Shown here: piece by piece, positions 20,798 through 32,899 of the stretch
Numbering within the stretch: the first letter of the stretch is position 1
How the letters are laid out: each line of letters opens with the position of its first letter
Source: Candidatus Sulfomarinibacteraceae bacterium
GTDB taxonomy: Bacteria; Acidobacteriota; Thermoanaerobaculia; Thermoanaerobaculales; Sulfomarinibacteraceae
Direction: 5' to 3'
DNA: 64,000 nucleotides
Assembly (NCBI GenBank): GCA_963796455.1
Contig: CAWCLO010000010.1
Span: 448,001-512,000 of the forward strand
The notes under the pieces: model-generated
Database searches by the model: none
The model's input: the letters and a program-made list of their open reading frames with translations, nothing else
What the model was told of the DNA's origin: nothing
Translations under genes and position numbers: made by a program

Positions 20798-22355
20798 TAC
20801 CTCGACTTTGCCAGCAGGCTCGAAAACCCGCGCTCGTTGGGCCTACAAGTTTTTCAAAAAGCCCAAGGCACCGGTTGACTGGAAGCGTCTGTTCTTCATC
20901 TGCCTCGGGCTGACACTGTTTTTCGGAGTCTACCTGTCCCCGCCATGGCCGGCGGCCATCGATCCCATGGGGGAGGCCTTCGAACTCAACAGCCAGGGCA
21001 AGGCGGCGCTCGGACTGTTCCTGCTGGCCGCCGTCTGGTGGGTCTTCGAAGTCATCCCCATCGGCGTCACCAGCGTCACCATCGCCGTCATCCAGGCCCT
21101 TTTTCTGATTCGGCCTGACGTCATGCTGGTCGGTGGCAAGGACTCGGTCGGTGGCGCCGAGTTGGCCTTCAAGGAGTTCATGCACCCCTCGGTCTGGTTC
21201 ATCTTCGGTTCGATCATCATCGGCATGGTCTTCACCAAGACCGGACTCACCAAGCGGCTCGCATACAAGATGCTCGTGTTGGTCGGTGAGAAGACCAGCC
21301 GCATCTATCTCGGTTGCTTTGTCATGACCGCCACACTGACCCTCGTCATGGCACACACCGCGGTGGCCGCCACCATTTTCCCGCTGCTGGTGGCGATCTA
21401 CCGGCTCTACGACGAGGGTGACGAACCCACCAACTTCGGTAAGGGCCTCTTCATGGGTATGGCGTATGTGGCGGGTGCCGGCAGCATCATCACCCTCCTC
21501 GGCGCCGCCCGCGGTGCGGTGGCGCTTGGCTTCTACAAAGAGATCACCGGTAAGGACGTCAGTTTCTTCGGGTTGACGTGGTACATGTTCCCCATCGGGT
21601 GGGTCATGGTCTTCGTTCTGTGGGCCTTCTTCATGGTGTACTACAAACCGGAGCGAGCCTCGATCCCCGGTCTCAGGGAACGCGCCCGGGATCTTTACGC
21701 CAATCTCGGACCGATCACCGCCAAGGAAATCCAGGCCGCAACCATCGTGCTCGCGGCGGTCTCGGTCATGAGCCTGCGCTCCTTCATTCCAGCCTTGAAG
21801 AGCGTCGACAAGAGTGGCGTCATCCTCACCGCAACCGTGCTCTTCTTCGTCCTCAAGATCCTCGATATCGGAGATCTCGAGAACGTGCCCTGGAACATCA
21901 TCCTGCTCTTTGGCGGCGCCATGAGCCTGGGTTATTGCCTGGTCCTGACCGGTGCCGCCGATTGGCTGGCCATCAACACCGTGTCGATGCTCAAAACGGC
22001 ACCGCCCCTGGTCTTCATCGTCGGAATGGCGACCTTTGTCATGATCATGACCAACCTGATCATGAACGTCGCGGCCATCGCCATCTGTCTCCCGGTGGCC
22101 CTCAAGGTCGCGCCGTACCTCGGTGTGGGCGGTGAAGTGATTCTCTTCAGCGCCCTGGTTGTCGCCGGCATGCCCTTCCTACTCCTGGTCGGTGCCGCCC
22201 CCAACGCCATCGCCTATGAGAGCAAACAGTTCACTTCAGGTGAGTTTTTCAAGGCCGGCATCCCGGCGAGCATTCTGCTGATCATCGTCACCGCGATCTT
22301 TGTCATCTTTATCTGGCCGATCATGGGGATGGAGGTGACCATACCCACACCCTGA
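20790..22355 (+). CDS. SLC13/DASS family anion transporter
   Basis: Many TM helices; WWVFEVIPIGVT, TGLTKRLA, VPWNIILLFGGAMSLG, GAAPNAIAY, EFFKAG. Confidence 0.9.
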   Translation: MADTSTLPAGSKTRARWAYKFFKKPKAPVDWKRLFFICLGLTLFFGVYLSPPWPAAIDPMGEAFELNSQGKAALGLFLLAAVWWVFEVIPIGVTSVTIAVIQALFLIRPDVMLVGGKDSVGGAELAFKEFMHPSVWFIFGSIIIGMVFTKTGLTKRLAYKMLVLVGEKTSRIYLGCFVMTATLTLVMAHTAVAATIFPLLVAIYRLYDEGDEPTNFGKGLFMGMAYVAGAGSIITLLGAARGAVALGFYKEITGKDVSFFGLTWYMFPIGWVMVFVLWAFFMVYYKPERASIPGLRERARDLYANLGPITAKEIQAATIVLAAVSVMSLRSFIPALKSVDKSGVILTATVLFFVLKILDIGDLENVPWNIILLFGGAMSLGYCLVLTGAADWLAINTVSMLKTAPPLVFIVGMATFVMIMTNLIMNVAAIAICLPVALKVAPYLGVGGEVILFSALVVAGMPFLLLVGAAPNAIAYESKQFTSGEFFKAGIPASILLIIVTAIFVIFIWPIMGMEVTIPTP

Positions 22356-22391
22356 TCGATCGCAGCGGACACAGCCTCGAGGAGGACCGAG

Positions 22392-23006
22392 TTGCCTACC
22401 GAAAAAATGATCGACGGTTACCGCCAATTCAGAGAGAAATTCGAATCCGAGCACGAGGTCTTCGAGCGTCTCGCCGAGGAAGGGCAGAATCCCAAGGTGT
22501 TGTGGATCGGCTGCTGTGATTCAAGGGTCGTACCCGAATTGATCACCGGGTCCGACCCCGGCGAACTCTTCGATCTCCGCAACATCGCCAACATCGTGCC
22601 GCCGCCGGCCTCCGCTGCGTGCGCCGCGGGCGCAGCCATCGAATACGCGGTCATACACCTCGAGGTGACGCACATCGTGGTCTGCGGACATACCGATTGC
22701 GGTGGGATCGCAGCTCTGGAGGCACCACCCTCGGCAGAGGACGAACCTCACATCGCCTCCTGGCTCGAGCTCGCGATGCCGGCCAGGACAGACGTGCTGT
22801 CGCGGGGAATCGAATCGCAGGACATCTATCTCGAGACCATCAAAACCAACGTCCTGATGCAGTGTGAAAACCTGAGAACCTACCCTTGCGTTGCCGAAAG
22901 AATCGGCGCCGGGAAGCTCTCGGTCCACCCCTGGCTCTACGATCTCCACACCGGTGAGATTCTCGAGTGGAACGAATCCTGGGGGGCCGTCGCCCAATTC
23001 TCCTGA
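22392..23006 (+). CDS. Beta-class carbonic anhydrase
   Basis: GQNPKVLWIGCCDSRV, RNIAN and VCGHTDCGG zinc ligands; TTG start after GGAGG. Confidence 0.94.
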   Translation: MPTEKMIDGYRQFREKFESEHEVFERLAEEGQNPKVLWIGCCDSRVVPELITGSDPGELFDLRNIANIVPPPASAACAAGAAIEYAVIHLEVTHIVVCGHTDCGGIAALEAPPSAEDEPHIASWLELAMPARTDVLSRGIESQDIYLETIKTNVLMQCENLRTYPCVAERIGAGKLSVHPWLYDLHTGEILEWNESWGAVAQFS

Positions 23007-23138
23007 CCGCGGGCGCCTATCGGGACGCCATTGCTACGATATCCTCGTCGGCGTGAGCAAGCACAATCCGGCATCGACGTTCCACGCCCGACCGAGCCGA
23101 CGAAAGGTCATCGTGTCTTTCGCGTCAGTCGGTGCTTG

Positions 23139-24209
23139 ATGCACCGATCTCAATCGGTCTCCAATGGAGCCTTCGCCGAGGCCTTGTTCACCCTGGCCGA
23201 TTCCGAAGCACCGGGTGATCGGCGACTCGCTTTTCTGCGCGCTGGATATCAAGCATTCGACGCTATCGGCGAGGCGCCACGTGCGATCTTCCAGGAGCTT
23301 CCCCACTGGCTTCAGCCGCTGGTCAAACAGCTCGCCGAGTGCCAAAGCGAAGACGCCCTTGCCGCGGCTGTCCAGCGGCTGCAGGGCAGCCAGGCGCCGC
23401 AGCGACGGAACTCCCGCAGCGGGTACTTGAGCCGGGCCGAGGTCACCGAGACCCTCCGCACCGGCGATCCCGATCTCCACCCGGACCGTATGCGAGGCGC
23501 CTTTCATTGGCACACCCGCGATTCCGACGGCAAGGCCACTCTCGACGCGATGGCTCGGGCATGTTTCCGCGGCGGTTCGGCCTGGGCGATGGTGACCGAT
23601 CATTCGCGGGGACTCGAAGTGGCCTCGGGTCTCGACTGCGAGGGTCTCCGGCTGCAGCGCAAACGAATCAACCGGTGGAACTCCGCCAACGGCGATGATC
23701 TTTTCGTTTTTCAGGGTCTCGAAGTCGAGGTCCTCGGTGACGGAACCCTCGATGTGCCGCGCGGCGAACGGCTCGAGGTCGAATGCGTGGTGGCGGCGGT
23801 CCACAGCCAGTTCGACCCCGATCGGGATCAGACCGATCGTCTCCTGCGGGCCGTATCCACCCCAGGGGTCCACGTTCTGGCCCACCCCCGAGGCCGCCAT
23901 TTCCATCATCGGCCCGGCCTCAAGGCACGCTGGGAAAAAGTATTTTCGGCCTGCGCCGACGAAGGTGTGGCGGTGGAGATCAACGGTTTTCCGCGGCGCC
24001 AGGACCTCGATCCCGATCTCGTTCGGCTGGCGGTTGCCGCCGGTTGCGAGATCATTCTCGCCTCGGACGCCCACGCCGTGCCCCACCTCGAATTCGACAC
24101 CTATGCTTCAGCCATCGCCATGCGCGCTGAAGTGCCGCGGGCACGTGTCATCAACATCCTGCACGCCGATGAGATTCAGGCGTGGTTGAAGGAACGTGCC
24201 ACAGATTAA
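23139..24209 (+). CDS. PHP domain protein related to the PolX C-terminal PHP domain
   Basis: HWHT..SDG, TDHS, GLEVEV..DG.LD, LAHP.GR, EING..R.D and SDAH motifs. Confidence 0.85.
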   Translation: MHRSQSVSNGAFAEALFTLADSEAPGDRRLAFLRAGYQAFDAIGEAPRAIFQELPHWLQPLVKQLAECQSEDALAAAVQRLQGSQAPQRRNSRSGYLSRAEVTETLRTGDPDLHPDRMRGAFHWHTRDSDGKATLDAMARACFRGGSAWAMVTDHSRGLEVASGLDCEGLRLQRKRINRWNSANGDDLFVFQGLEVEVLGDGTLDVPRGERLEVECVVAAVHSQFDPDRDQTDRLLRAVSTPGVHVLAHPRGRHFHHRPGLKARWEKVFSACADEGVAVEINGFPRRQDLDPDLVRLAVAAGCEIILASDAHAVPHLEFDTYASAIAMRAEVPRARVINILHADEIQAWLKERATD

Positions 24210-24312
24210 GCGTTCAGAGCGAGAGCCGGCTCAATGACCACCCTTTATGAGAATGGTCTGTACCCAGAACTCGTCACTCTTTACCCCTTGAGGCCGGCCG
24301 GTCGCTCGGCAA

Positions 24313-24753
24313 TCACGGAACGACAGCTGAGAGCTCACCGCTGATTACGACGCCGACGTCGTTGAGGGTTGTCTCTTCGAGGCGGGCACGCAGCAGGGTG
24401 TTGGCCTCGACGACGATTCTTCCGATGATGCAGGTTTCGCCATCACAAATCGCCGCACTGAGAAGACATCGGCTTGGGCTCGAAGGGCCCCTCGATGGCC
24501 TCGAACACTTCGAGGAGAGTGACGGTCTCAGGGTCGCGAGTGAGAAGAAACCCGCCCTTCGGCCCTCGGATCGACCGCACAAGGTCGACCCGGATCAAGC
24601 GCTGCAGGACCTTGGACGAGGTGCGCCTCCGAGATTTCAAATCTGGCTGCAATCTGCCTCGCGGTCACTGGAGCATCATTACGAACGGCGAGATAACCCA
24701 AGCGCATGAATGGCCAGAGAGGCCGCTTCAGAGATCTTCAACGCACACGGCAT
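24313..24753 (-). CDS. Rrf2 family Fe-S transcriptional regulator; ~3 frameshifts, reconstructed
   Basis: Joined frames give MPCALKISEAASLAIHAL..IAARFEISEAHL.KVLQRL..VRSIRGPKGGF.L..TLLEVFEAIEG...CLLSAAICDGETC (three Cys). Confidence 0.88.
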
Positions 24754-24807
24754 CTATTTTTCCTCGTTTCAACGAAAGCACTGGAAGGGACGCTCCGAGA
24801 GGACCGT

Positions 24808-24825
24808 CCTTGACCTCGGTCAAGG
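24808..24825. promoter_or_regulatory. FNR/DNR (CRP-FNR family)-like box in the divergent rrf2/nos promoter
   Basis: Palindrome CC-TTGAC-CTCG-GTCAA-GG, a TTGAT-N4-ATCAA-type site. Confidence 0.65.
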
Positions 24826-24915
24826 ATACACATACCGTATTCAGGCTATTAAGTAATCAAATACCGACTATTCCGGTAACAAATCGACCCAGACCGGAAG
24901 GAATGGTCGGAGGGA

Positions 24916-26931
24916 ATGGCTCGATCGACACCTGCTGATCGCGGCGACGGTTGCGGAGCTCTCGTTGGTGAGCGACAACGCCATCGGTCAGCCCGCGTTT
25001 TGCGGCACGATTCAATGATCTGCCTTGGTACCGCTCAAACGTTCCCTGCATGGAAGCCTGTCCGGTCCACACCGATTCGGGCCGCTATGTCCAGCTGATC
25101 GCCGAGCAACGCTTCGCCGAAGCTTTCATGGTCGCCCGTTCACCCAATCCGCTGGCCTCGGTCTGCGGCCGGGTCTGTTCCGCACCCTGCGAGGACGCAT
25201 GCCGGCGGGCCTGGGTCGACGAAGCGATCACCATTCGCCCCCTCAAGCGATTCGTGACTGAAAAGTACGGTGCCGAGTCCTCGCAGCCGGATTTCTTCAA
25301 ACTCCTGATGTCCGGTCCGGACGGAGACATCGAAGCCAATCCCGGAGCGCAACGACTCGTGGCACATCGAACGTCTCAGCAGATGAGGCCTCCGCTGCGG
25401 CCCACCGCGGTCACCGGGTGGCGGTTGTCGGCAGCGGTCCGGCCGGTCTGGGGTGCGCCCACGATCTGGCGCTCATGGGCTATGACGTGACTGTCTTCGA
25501 GGCTCTGCCCGAACTCGGAGGGATGCTCCGCTACGGGATACCCGAATACCGCCTGCCACGAGGTGTCATCGACCGCGAAATTTCGGCGATCGAAAAGCTC
25601 GGGGTCACATTTCACAGAAACCGTCCGATTACCAACGACTTCGGTCTCAAACAGCTCCGTGAAGATGGATTCGAAGCCATCTTCCTGTCCGTCGGCGCCA
25701 TGCGCGGACGGGACCTCTCGATCGACGGCTCCGACAAGGACGGCGTCATCAAGGCGGTCGACTATCTGCTCAACCTCAATCGCGGTTACCGCGTCGAGCT
25801 CGGTGAAAAGGTCGTGGTCATCGGCGGCGGATCGGTGGCCCTGGATGCCGCCCGGACAGCGGTCCGGGAGTTCTACAAACCCATGGAAGAGATCGAGCTC
25901 ACCGCCGAGGCGGTGGCCAACCAACCGGCCATGGATGCTGCGCGCGGCGCGCTTCGCGGGGGCGCCAGCCAGGTCCACGTCATTTCGCTCGAGTCACTCG
26001 ATGAGATGCCGGCTTCGAAAACCATCCAGGGCAAGGATGAACTCGACGAAGCCTTGGAAGAGGGCATCACCCTCCATCCCGGGTGGGGACCGCGAAGGAT
26101 CCTGGGCAGCAATGGGGTCGAGTCGATCGAGTTCGTCGGGGTCGAAAGCGTCTTTGACGACCAGGGGCGCTTCAACCCCACGTTTGACGAGGACCGCACC
26201 CTGGTCCTCGACGCAGACTCGGTGATCCTCGCCATCGGACAACAACCCGATTTCAGTTTTCTCTGCGCTGAGGACGGGGTCGAACTGGACACCGACCGGG
26301 ACCGTCAAGATCGACCCCGAGACCCTGGCGACCAGCGCCGCCGGCATCTATGCCGGCGGCGACGCGGCCTTTGGTCCGAGGATCGCCATCGAGGCGGTGG
26401 CCAACGGCAAACGTGCGGCGCGCTCGATCTCCGAATACCTGATCGGGTCAGAAAACCGAACTCCGGCTCCGGGTCGATATCGAAAAGGTGGCGATCGAGG
26501 AGTACTCGATGCCACGCCGGCGTACGAAAAGCGTGGTGCGACGCTCCGCGCCGACCGTCGATGCGGGCCGGCGGACAGGGATCACCGAAGTCGAAGAGGT
26601 GATGACGCCGCGAACAGGCAGGATCAGGCCGAACGATGTCTCGCCTGCCACATCGACACCATCTACGACCCGCTCCTTTGTGTATCTGTGCAACCGCTGC
26701 GCCGACATCTGCCCGGAAAAATGCCTAACCTTTGTTCCTCTCGAACAGGTCGAGATGCCGCCGGAGCAACTCGAAACCGCGGTCGCGGCCTATGGACACG
26801 CCACCGATCAACCGATGACCGTGCTGCTGAAAGACGACACCGTGTGCATCCGCTGTGGTCTTTGTGCCGAACGTTGTCCGACCGAGGCGATGACCATGGA
26901 ACGGTTCAACTTCACCGAATCGACGGAGTAA
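24916..26931 (+). CDS. GltD/NfnB-like FAD/NAD(P)H oxidoreductase with N-terminal Fe-S clusters and C-terminal 2x[4Fe-4S] ferredoxin domain; multiple frameshifts
   Basis: PCMEACPVH, CGRVCSAPCEDACRR, VVGSGPAGL, GGMLRYGIPEYRLP, VIGGGSVALDAAR, IYAGGD, RCLACH, CNRCADICP and CIRCGLCAERCP, read across shifting frames. Confidence 0.88.
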
Positions 26932-26936
26932 GTTTA

Positions 26937-27497
26937 GTGGCATCATCAGATTCAATCAACGCCGTATCGCAAACCAGCCCCGAACCGGGCGGAGCAGACG
27001 CGCCGCGGATTCCTGGACAAAACTGACAGCCGCGGTCGCTGGGCTCGGGGCGGCCTGATCATGAGTTGGCCGCTACTGCGATCACTGGTTCCAAACGTGC
27101 TCTACGAGCCACCCGAAGAAAGTTTCGAGTCGGCAGTCCCGAGAGTTTCCAAGAGGGCGTCACCTTTCTCGAGGAACACCGGATCTTTCTTTTCCGGGAG
27201 AGTTCGAACTTTCCACGCTGTGTCCGGAATCTGCACCCATCTCGGATGTACGGTGAAATTCTCACCCTATCCGCTGCCGCAGGAAGAAACCGTTCGCGAG
27301 ACTTCACCTTCCGGTCCGTCGGAGAATTCCATTGTCCCTGCCACGGATCCCGATTCCGGGGAGAAGGGACCAACTTCGCCGGCCCGCGCCCCCCGGCCCC
27401 CTCAAGTGCTTCCGCCTCGAAGTTTCACGGGCTACCGGTGAGTTGGTGGTGGATGTCGCGACCGAGGTTCCGCGCGAATTCAGACTGGTGGTCATAG
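26937..27497 (+). CDS. Rieske [2Fe-2S] subunit of a Rieske/cytochrome b complex; frameshifted
   Basis: Tat motif TRRGFL, TM helix, box 1 CTHLGC (~27231), box 2 CPCHGS (~27333), GPAPRPL. Confidence 0.9.
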
Positions 27498-29004
<1,507 letters not shown>

Positions 29005-29012
29005 GGTAACCG

Positions 29013-30275
29013 ATGATCAAAAAGATTTCTCAGCGCGAAATCCTGTTGGTGCTCATCGCCGCGGTTGGCAATCCTCGTCGTCGGCGTGGCGGCCATCGTC
29101 TTCGACACCGCACCGGAGTGGAAGTACTACCAGTCGGAGTTTGGCGCGATCATCACCGAGACCTTCGCTGACGTCGACCCGGCGACCCTGCCGTCAGGTG
29201 TCCAACAGATCTGGATCGAAAAGCTCGACCGCGTCGACCGCTGCACCACCTGTCATCTGGGGGTCGGGTGGCAAGGGTCTCGAGGAAGTCGAACAGCCCT
29301 GGACGACCCACCCGATGCCCGAGATCTTCGACAACCACCCGATCGAGGACTTCGGCTGCACCGTGTGTCACGGCGGCCAGGGCTTCGCGCTCTCAGAATA
29401 CGACGCCCATGGTTTTGTCGAAGCACTGGGAGGAGCCGCTCCTTTCGGACATCGCCGGCTCCGAATACGACCCGCAGGAACCCGCCGCCGCTGTACGAGA
29501 TCCAGTGCAATTTCTGCCACCGTTACGAGCGGTCGACCGAGGGCATGCCCTACATCAACAAGGCCAAGGGTTTCGTGCGAACCAAAGGCTGCAAGATCTG
29601 CCATGTGATCAACGGCTGACGGCGGCATAGCTGGGACCCGGATCTGACACGCGTGGGCGATAAGCACGCCGAGGGCTTCGATTTCTCGAATCTGGTCTCC
29701 GAACAGATGACGGTCTTCAACTGGCACATCAAACACTTCCAGTCGCCACCGACCATCGTGCCCGGACTCGATCATGCCCGAGATGAATTTCCAGTCGCAG
29801 CGAAGCACAGGCCCTCGCCATGTTGGTCATGAGCTGGCGCGACGACGAGGACCTGCCCCGGGCCTATCTTGCCGGGGTGGACCTCAAGGACGAGATGACG
29901 CCGGAGGAGGTCGAAAGGGATCTTCGAATGCGCGAAGGTGACGGAGCCTTTTTTGTCGAGCACAACTGCTTTGTGTGCCACAGCGTCAAGGCCTACGACA
30001 TCAAATCGCCGACCGACAAGGGACCCGATCTGTCGCTGGCGCCGGACGACGTCCGGGCGCGATTGAACAAGACGGTCGAGGAGTTCCTCTTCGAACCGAC
30101 CGGCACCATGAAGATCATTCTCGAAAGCCAGATCGTTCTATCCGACGAAGAAAAGTGGCAGGCCGTCGAAAAGATCATGAAGGCTTACGACATCGTCAAA
30201 AACCGAGCTGCGGAGGCCGAAGCCGCAGCGAGCGACGGTCGTAGATCCGTACAACAAGGAGGAGGCAGCAGATGA
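29013..30275 (+). CDS. Membrane-anchored penta-heme cytochrome c; frameshifted
   Basis: N-terminal TM helix; CxxCH at ~29242 (CTTCH), 29357 (CTVCH), 29506 (CNFCH), 29590 (CKICH) and 29967 (CFVCH); GPDL motifs. Confidence 0.85.
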
Positions 30276-32181
30276 ACAGGAAGACTATCTTTCGATTGAC
30301 GCTCGCGTTGCTCGTCATCGGGCTCTTCGTCGGGCTTGCAGCATGCGGTAAAAAGCCGCCCAGCGGCGTGGCGCACGCGCCGGTGGTGGTGGAACATCAG
30401 ATCTGGCGAGCGCGGCATTGGCAACCTATGTGGCACCCGGGCGATCTCGACGAGTACTACCTCTTTTACTCGGGCGGGCACAGTGGGCAGATCTTTGTCG
30501 TCCGGCATCCCTTCGATGCGCCACATCGCGACCATCCCGGTCTTCACACCCTACCCGGGCACAGGGTTATGGATTTGACGATGAGTCCAAGGAAATGCTC
30601 GGTGACTACACGTGGGGCGATTCCCACCATCCGGGCTTCTCGGAGACCGACGGCGAATATGACGGACGCTGGCTCTTTATCAACGACAACGCCAAGGGCC
30701 GTATCGCCCGGATCGATCTGAAAGGACTTCAAAACCAAACAGATCATGAGCATTCCGAACATCTCGGCCAACCACGGCAGTTCCTTTGTCACCCAGAACT
30801 CGGAGTACGTGACGATGGCGACCCGGATGTCGGTGCCGTTCCCGGAGGGGACCTATGCCGATATCACCGAGTACGCGACCAAGTACAAGGGGATCGTCGC
30901 CGGGCATCAAGATCGATCCCGAACGACGGCAACCTGACCCTGGGTTGGGAGGTCCTGGTCCCGCCCTTCAACTACGACCTCGGGGATGCCGGAAAGGGCC
31001 CCTCGGACGGATTCCTCTTCTGGACCTGCTACAACTCCGAACGTGAGTTCATCGAGGGCGGAAAACTGAGGTGACCGCGTCCCAGAAGGACAAGGACTAC
31101 ATCCTGATGGTGGACTACCGCGAGGCCGACAAAGCCATCGCCGCCGGCAGTTTCAAAACCGTCAAGGGCGCACCGGTGATCTTCCCGAGAAGAGACCTCG
31201 GGCGTGGCCTACTTCATCCCCCTCGCCAAATCGCCCCACGGCGTCGACGTCTCTCCGAGCGGTCGCTGGATCATCGGTTCGGGCAAACTGTCACCCACGA
31301 CCACGGTCTACGACATGGAAAAGATCAAGACCGCAATCGCCAACAAGGACTTCGAGGAGACCATCGACGGGATCCCGGTGCTCAACTACAACTCGGTGCG
31401 CGAGGCAGAGATCCCGGTCGGGCTCGGACCACTCCACACTCAGTTCGACGACAAGGGCTTTGCCTACACCTCCTCTTTGTCGAAAGCGCAGTCGCCAAAT
31501 GGAAGCTGCCGCCCTATGAGGCCGGAGCCGACATGAACCAGTACGTGGTCGACAAGCTGCCGGTGGCCTACAACATCGGCCATCTGGTTTCCGCCGAGGG
31601 CGACTCGATGAACCCCGATGGTAACTACTCGTGGCTCTCAACAAGCTCTCCAAAGGACGCCACCTTTCGGTCGGTCCGTCGATTCCGGAGTCCGCCCAGT
31701 TGATCGACATCTCGGGTGACAAGATGAAGTTGCTCTATGACGCCTTCACCGAACCCGAACCGCACTACGCGGTGATCATCAAGGCCGACAAGCTCGATCC
31801 CGATCGAGGTCTATAAAAAGGACGACCCCGAGTGGCCGTCCATACCCGATCGCGATCTGGGCCGCCGACGACGCCAGGATCGAACGCCGCGGCAACACGG
31901 TCGAAGTGTGGATGCTGGCGGTGCGGTCCTTCTTCGCGCCTGATGTCATTCGGGTCAACCGCGGTGACAATGTGATCATCCACGTGACCAATATCGAGCA
32001 GACCCGGGACGAGCTCCACGGTTTTGCCATCAATGACTACAACATCAACCTGGTGATCGACCCCGGCGAGACCAAGACAGTGAGCTTCACCGCCGACGAG
32101 TCCGGAGTCTTCGCCTTCTATTGCACCAATTTCTGTAGCGCACTGCACCAGGAGATGCAGGGCTACTTCCTCGTGAAATAG
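30272..32181 (+). CDS. nosZ: Clade II (Sec-dependent) nitrous oxide reductase; multiple frameshifts
   Basis: YVAPGDLDEYYLFYSGGHSGQ, GIPSMR, WGDSHHP, NHG, KSPHGVDVSP, GLGPLHTQFD, GH and EPH (CuZ His ligands); CuA HGF...CTNFCSALHQEM; no twin-arginine motif. Confidence 0.95.
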
Positions 32182-32191
32182 AACGATGCCA

Positions 32192-32232
32192 GGGCCCCGG
32201 CGCACCGATCGCGGTCGCCGGGGCCCAGTTTT
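32192..32232 (+). terminator. Strong stem-loop after nosZ (partial terminator or mRNA stabiliser)
   Basis: GGGCCCCGGCG...CGCCGGGGCCC stem followed by AGTTTT. Confidence 0.65.
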
Positions 32233-32242
32233 CGAGGTCCAC

Positions 32243-32854
32243 ATGTCAGGATTTCTTCAAACGGCTTTCCGCTGCGCTCGATCGACCTCTGGTCGGCTCG
32301 CAGCAGGTTGGCGGTTCTGGCCGCCGCTCTGGTCCTGATTCCGACCTTCTTCGTTCCTTTGTGGCACATGACATTTGTCGCGCAGCAATACCCGGAGGGT
32401 CTGAATCTCTACGTCTATTCCCACAACCTGGTGGGCGGAGATGATGGCAATGATCTGACCGAGATCAACGTGCTCAACCACTACATCGGGATGGCAGAGC
32501 TCAAACCCGCAGATTTCAACGAACTCAAGTGGATTCCTCTGGTCATCGGTCTGATCTGCATCCTGACCCTCAGAGCCGCCGCCATCGGAAATCTCGCGGT
32601 CCCTGGTCGACGTCATCATGATCGCCGCCTATTTCGGCGCATTCTCGATATGGAGCTTCTGGTACAAGCTCAACTATTACGGCGCGAATCTCGACCCAAA
32701 GGCCTCCGTTCAAGTGGAGCCATTCATGCCGCCGATGTTCGGATACAAACTCGTCGGCCAGTTCGATGTGTGGTCGTACCCGTCCCTGGGTACCTACTTT
32801 TTCCTGATCTTTGGTCTTCTTCTGCTCGATGGGTTTCTGGTGGACCTGGCGTGA
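32243..32854 (+). CDS. nosB: NosB-like membrane protein of clade II nos clusters; frameshifted
   Basis: PLWHMTFVAQQYPEGL, EINVLNHYIGM, YGANLDPKA and FMPPMFGYKLVGQF motifs; directly after nosZ. Confidence 0.85.
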
Positions 32855-32899
32855 CGTCGAGCCCTCGCAGTGAGCCCCTTTTGTGAAAATTTGGAGGAA

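Noticed and set aside
24916..26931. Calling the flavoprotein gltD or dsrL
   Set aside because: The fold is shared, but there is no gltB or dsr gene nearby and the context is Rieske/cytb, so no gene symbol was assigned.
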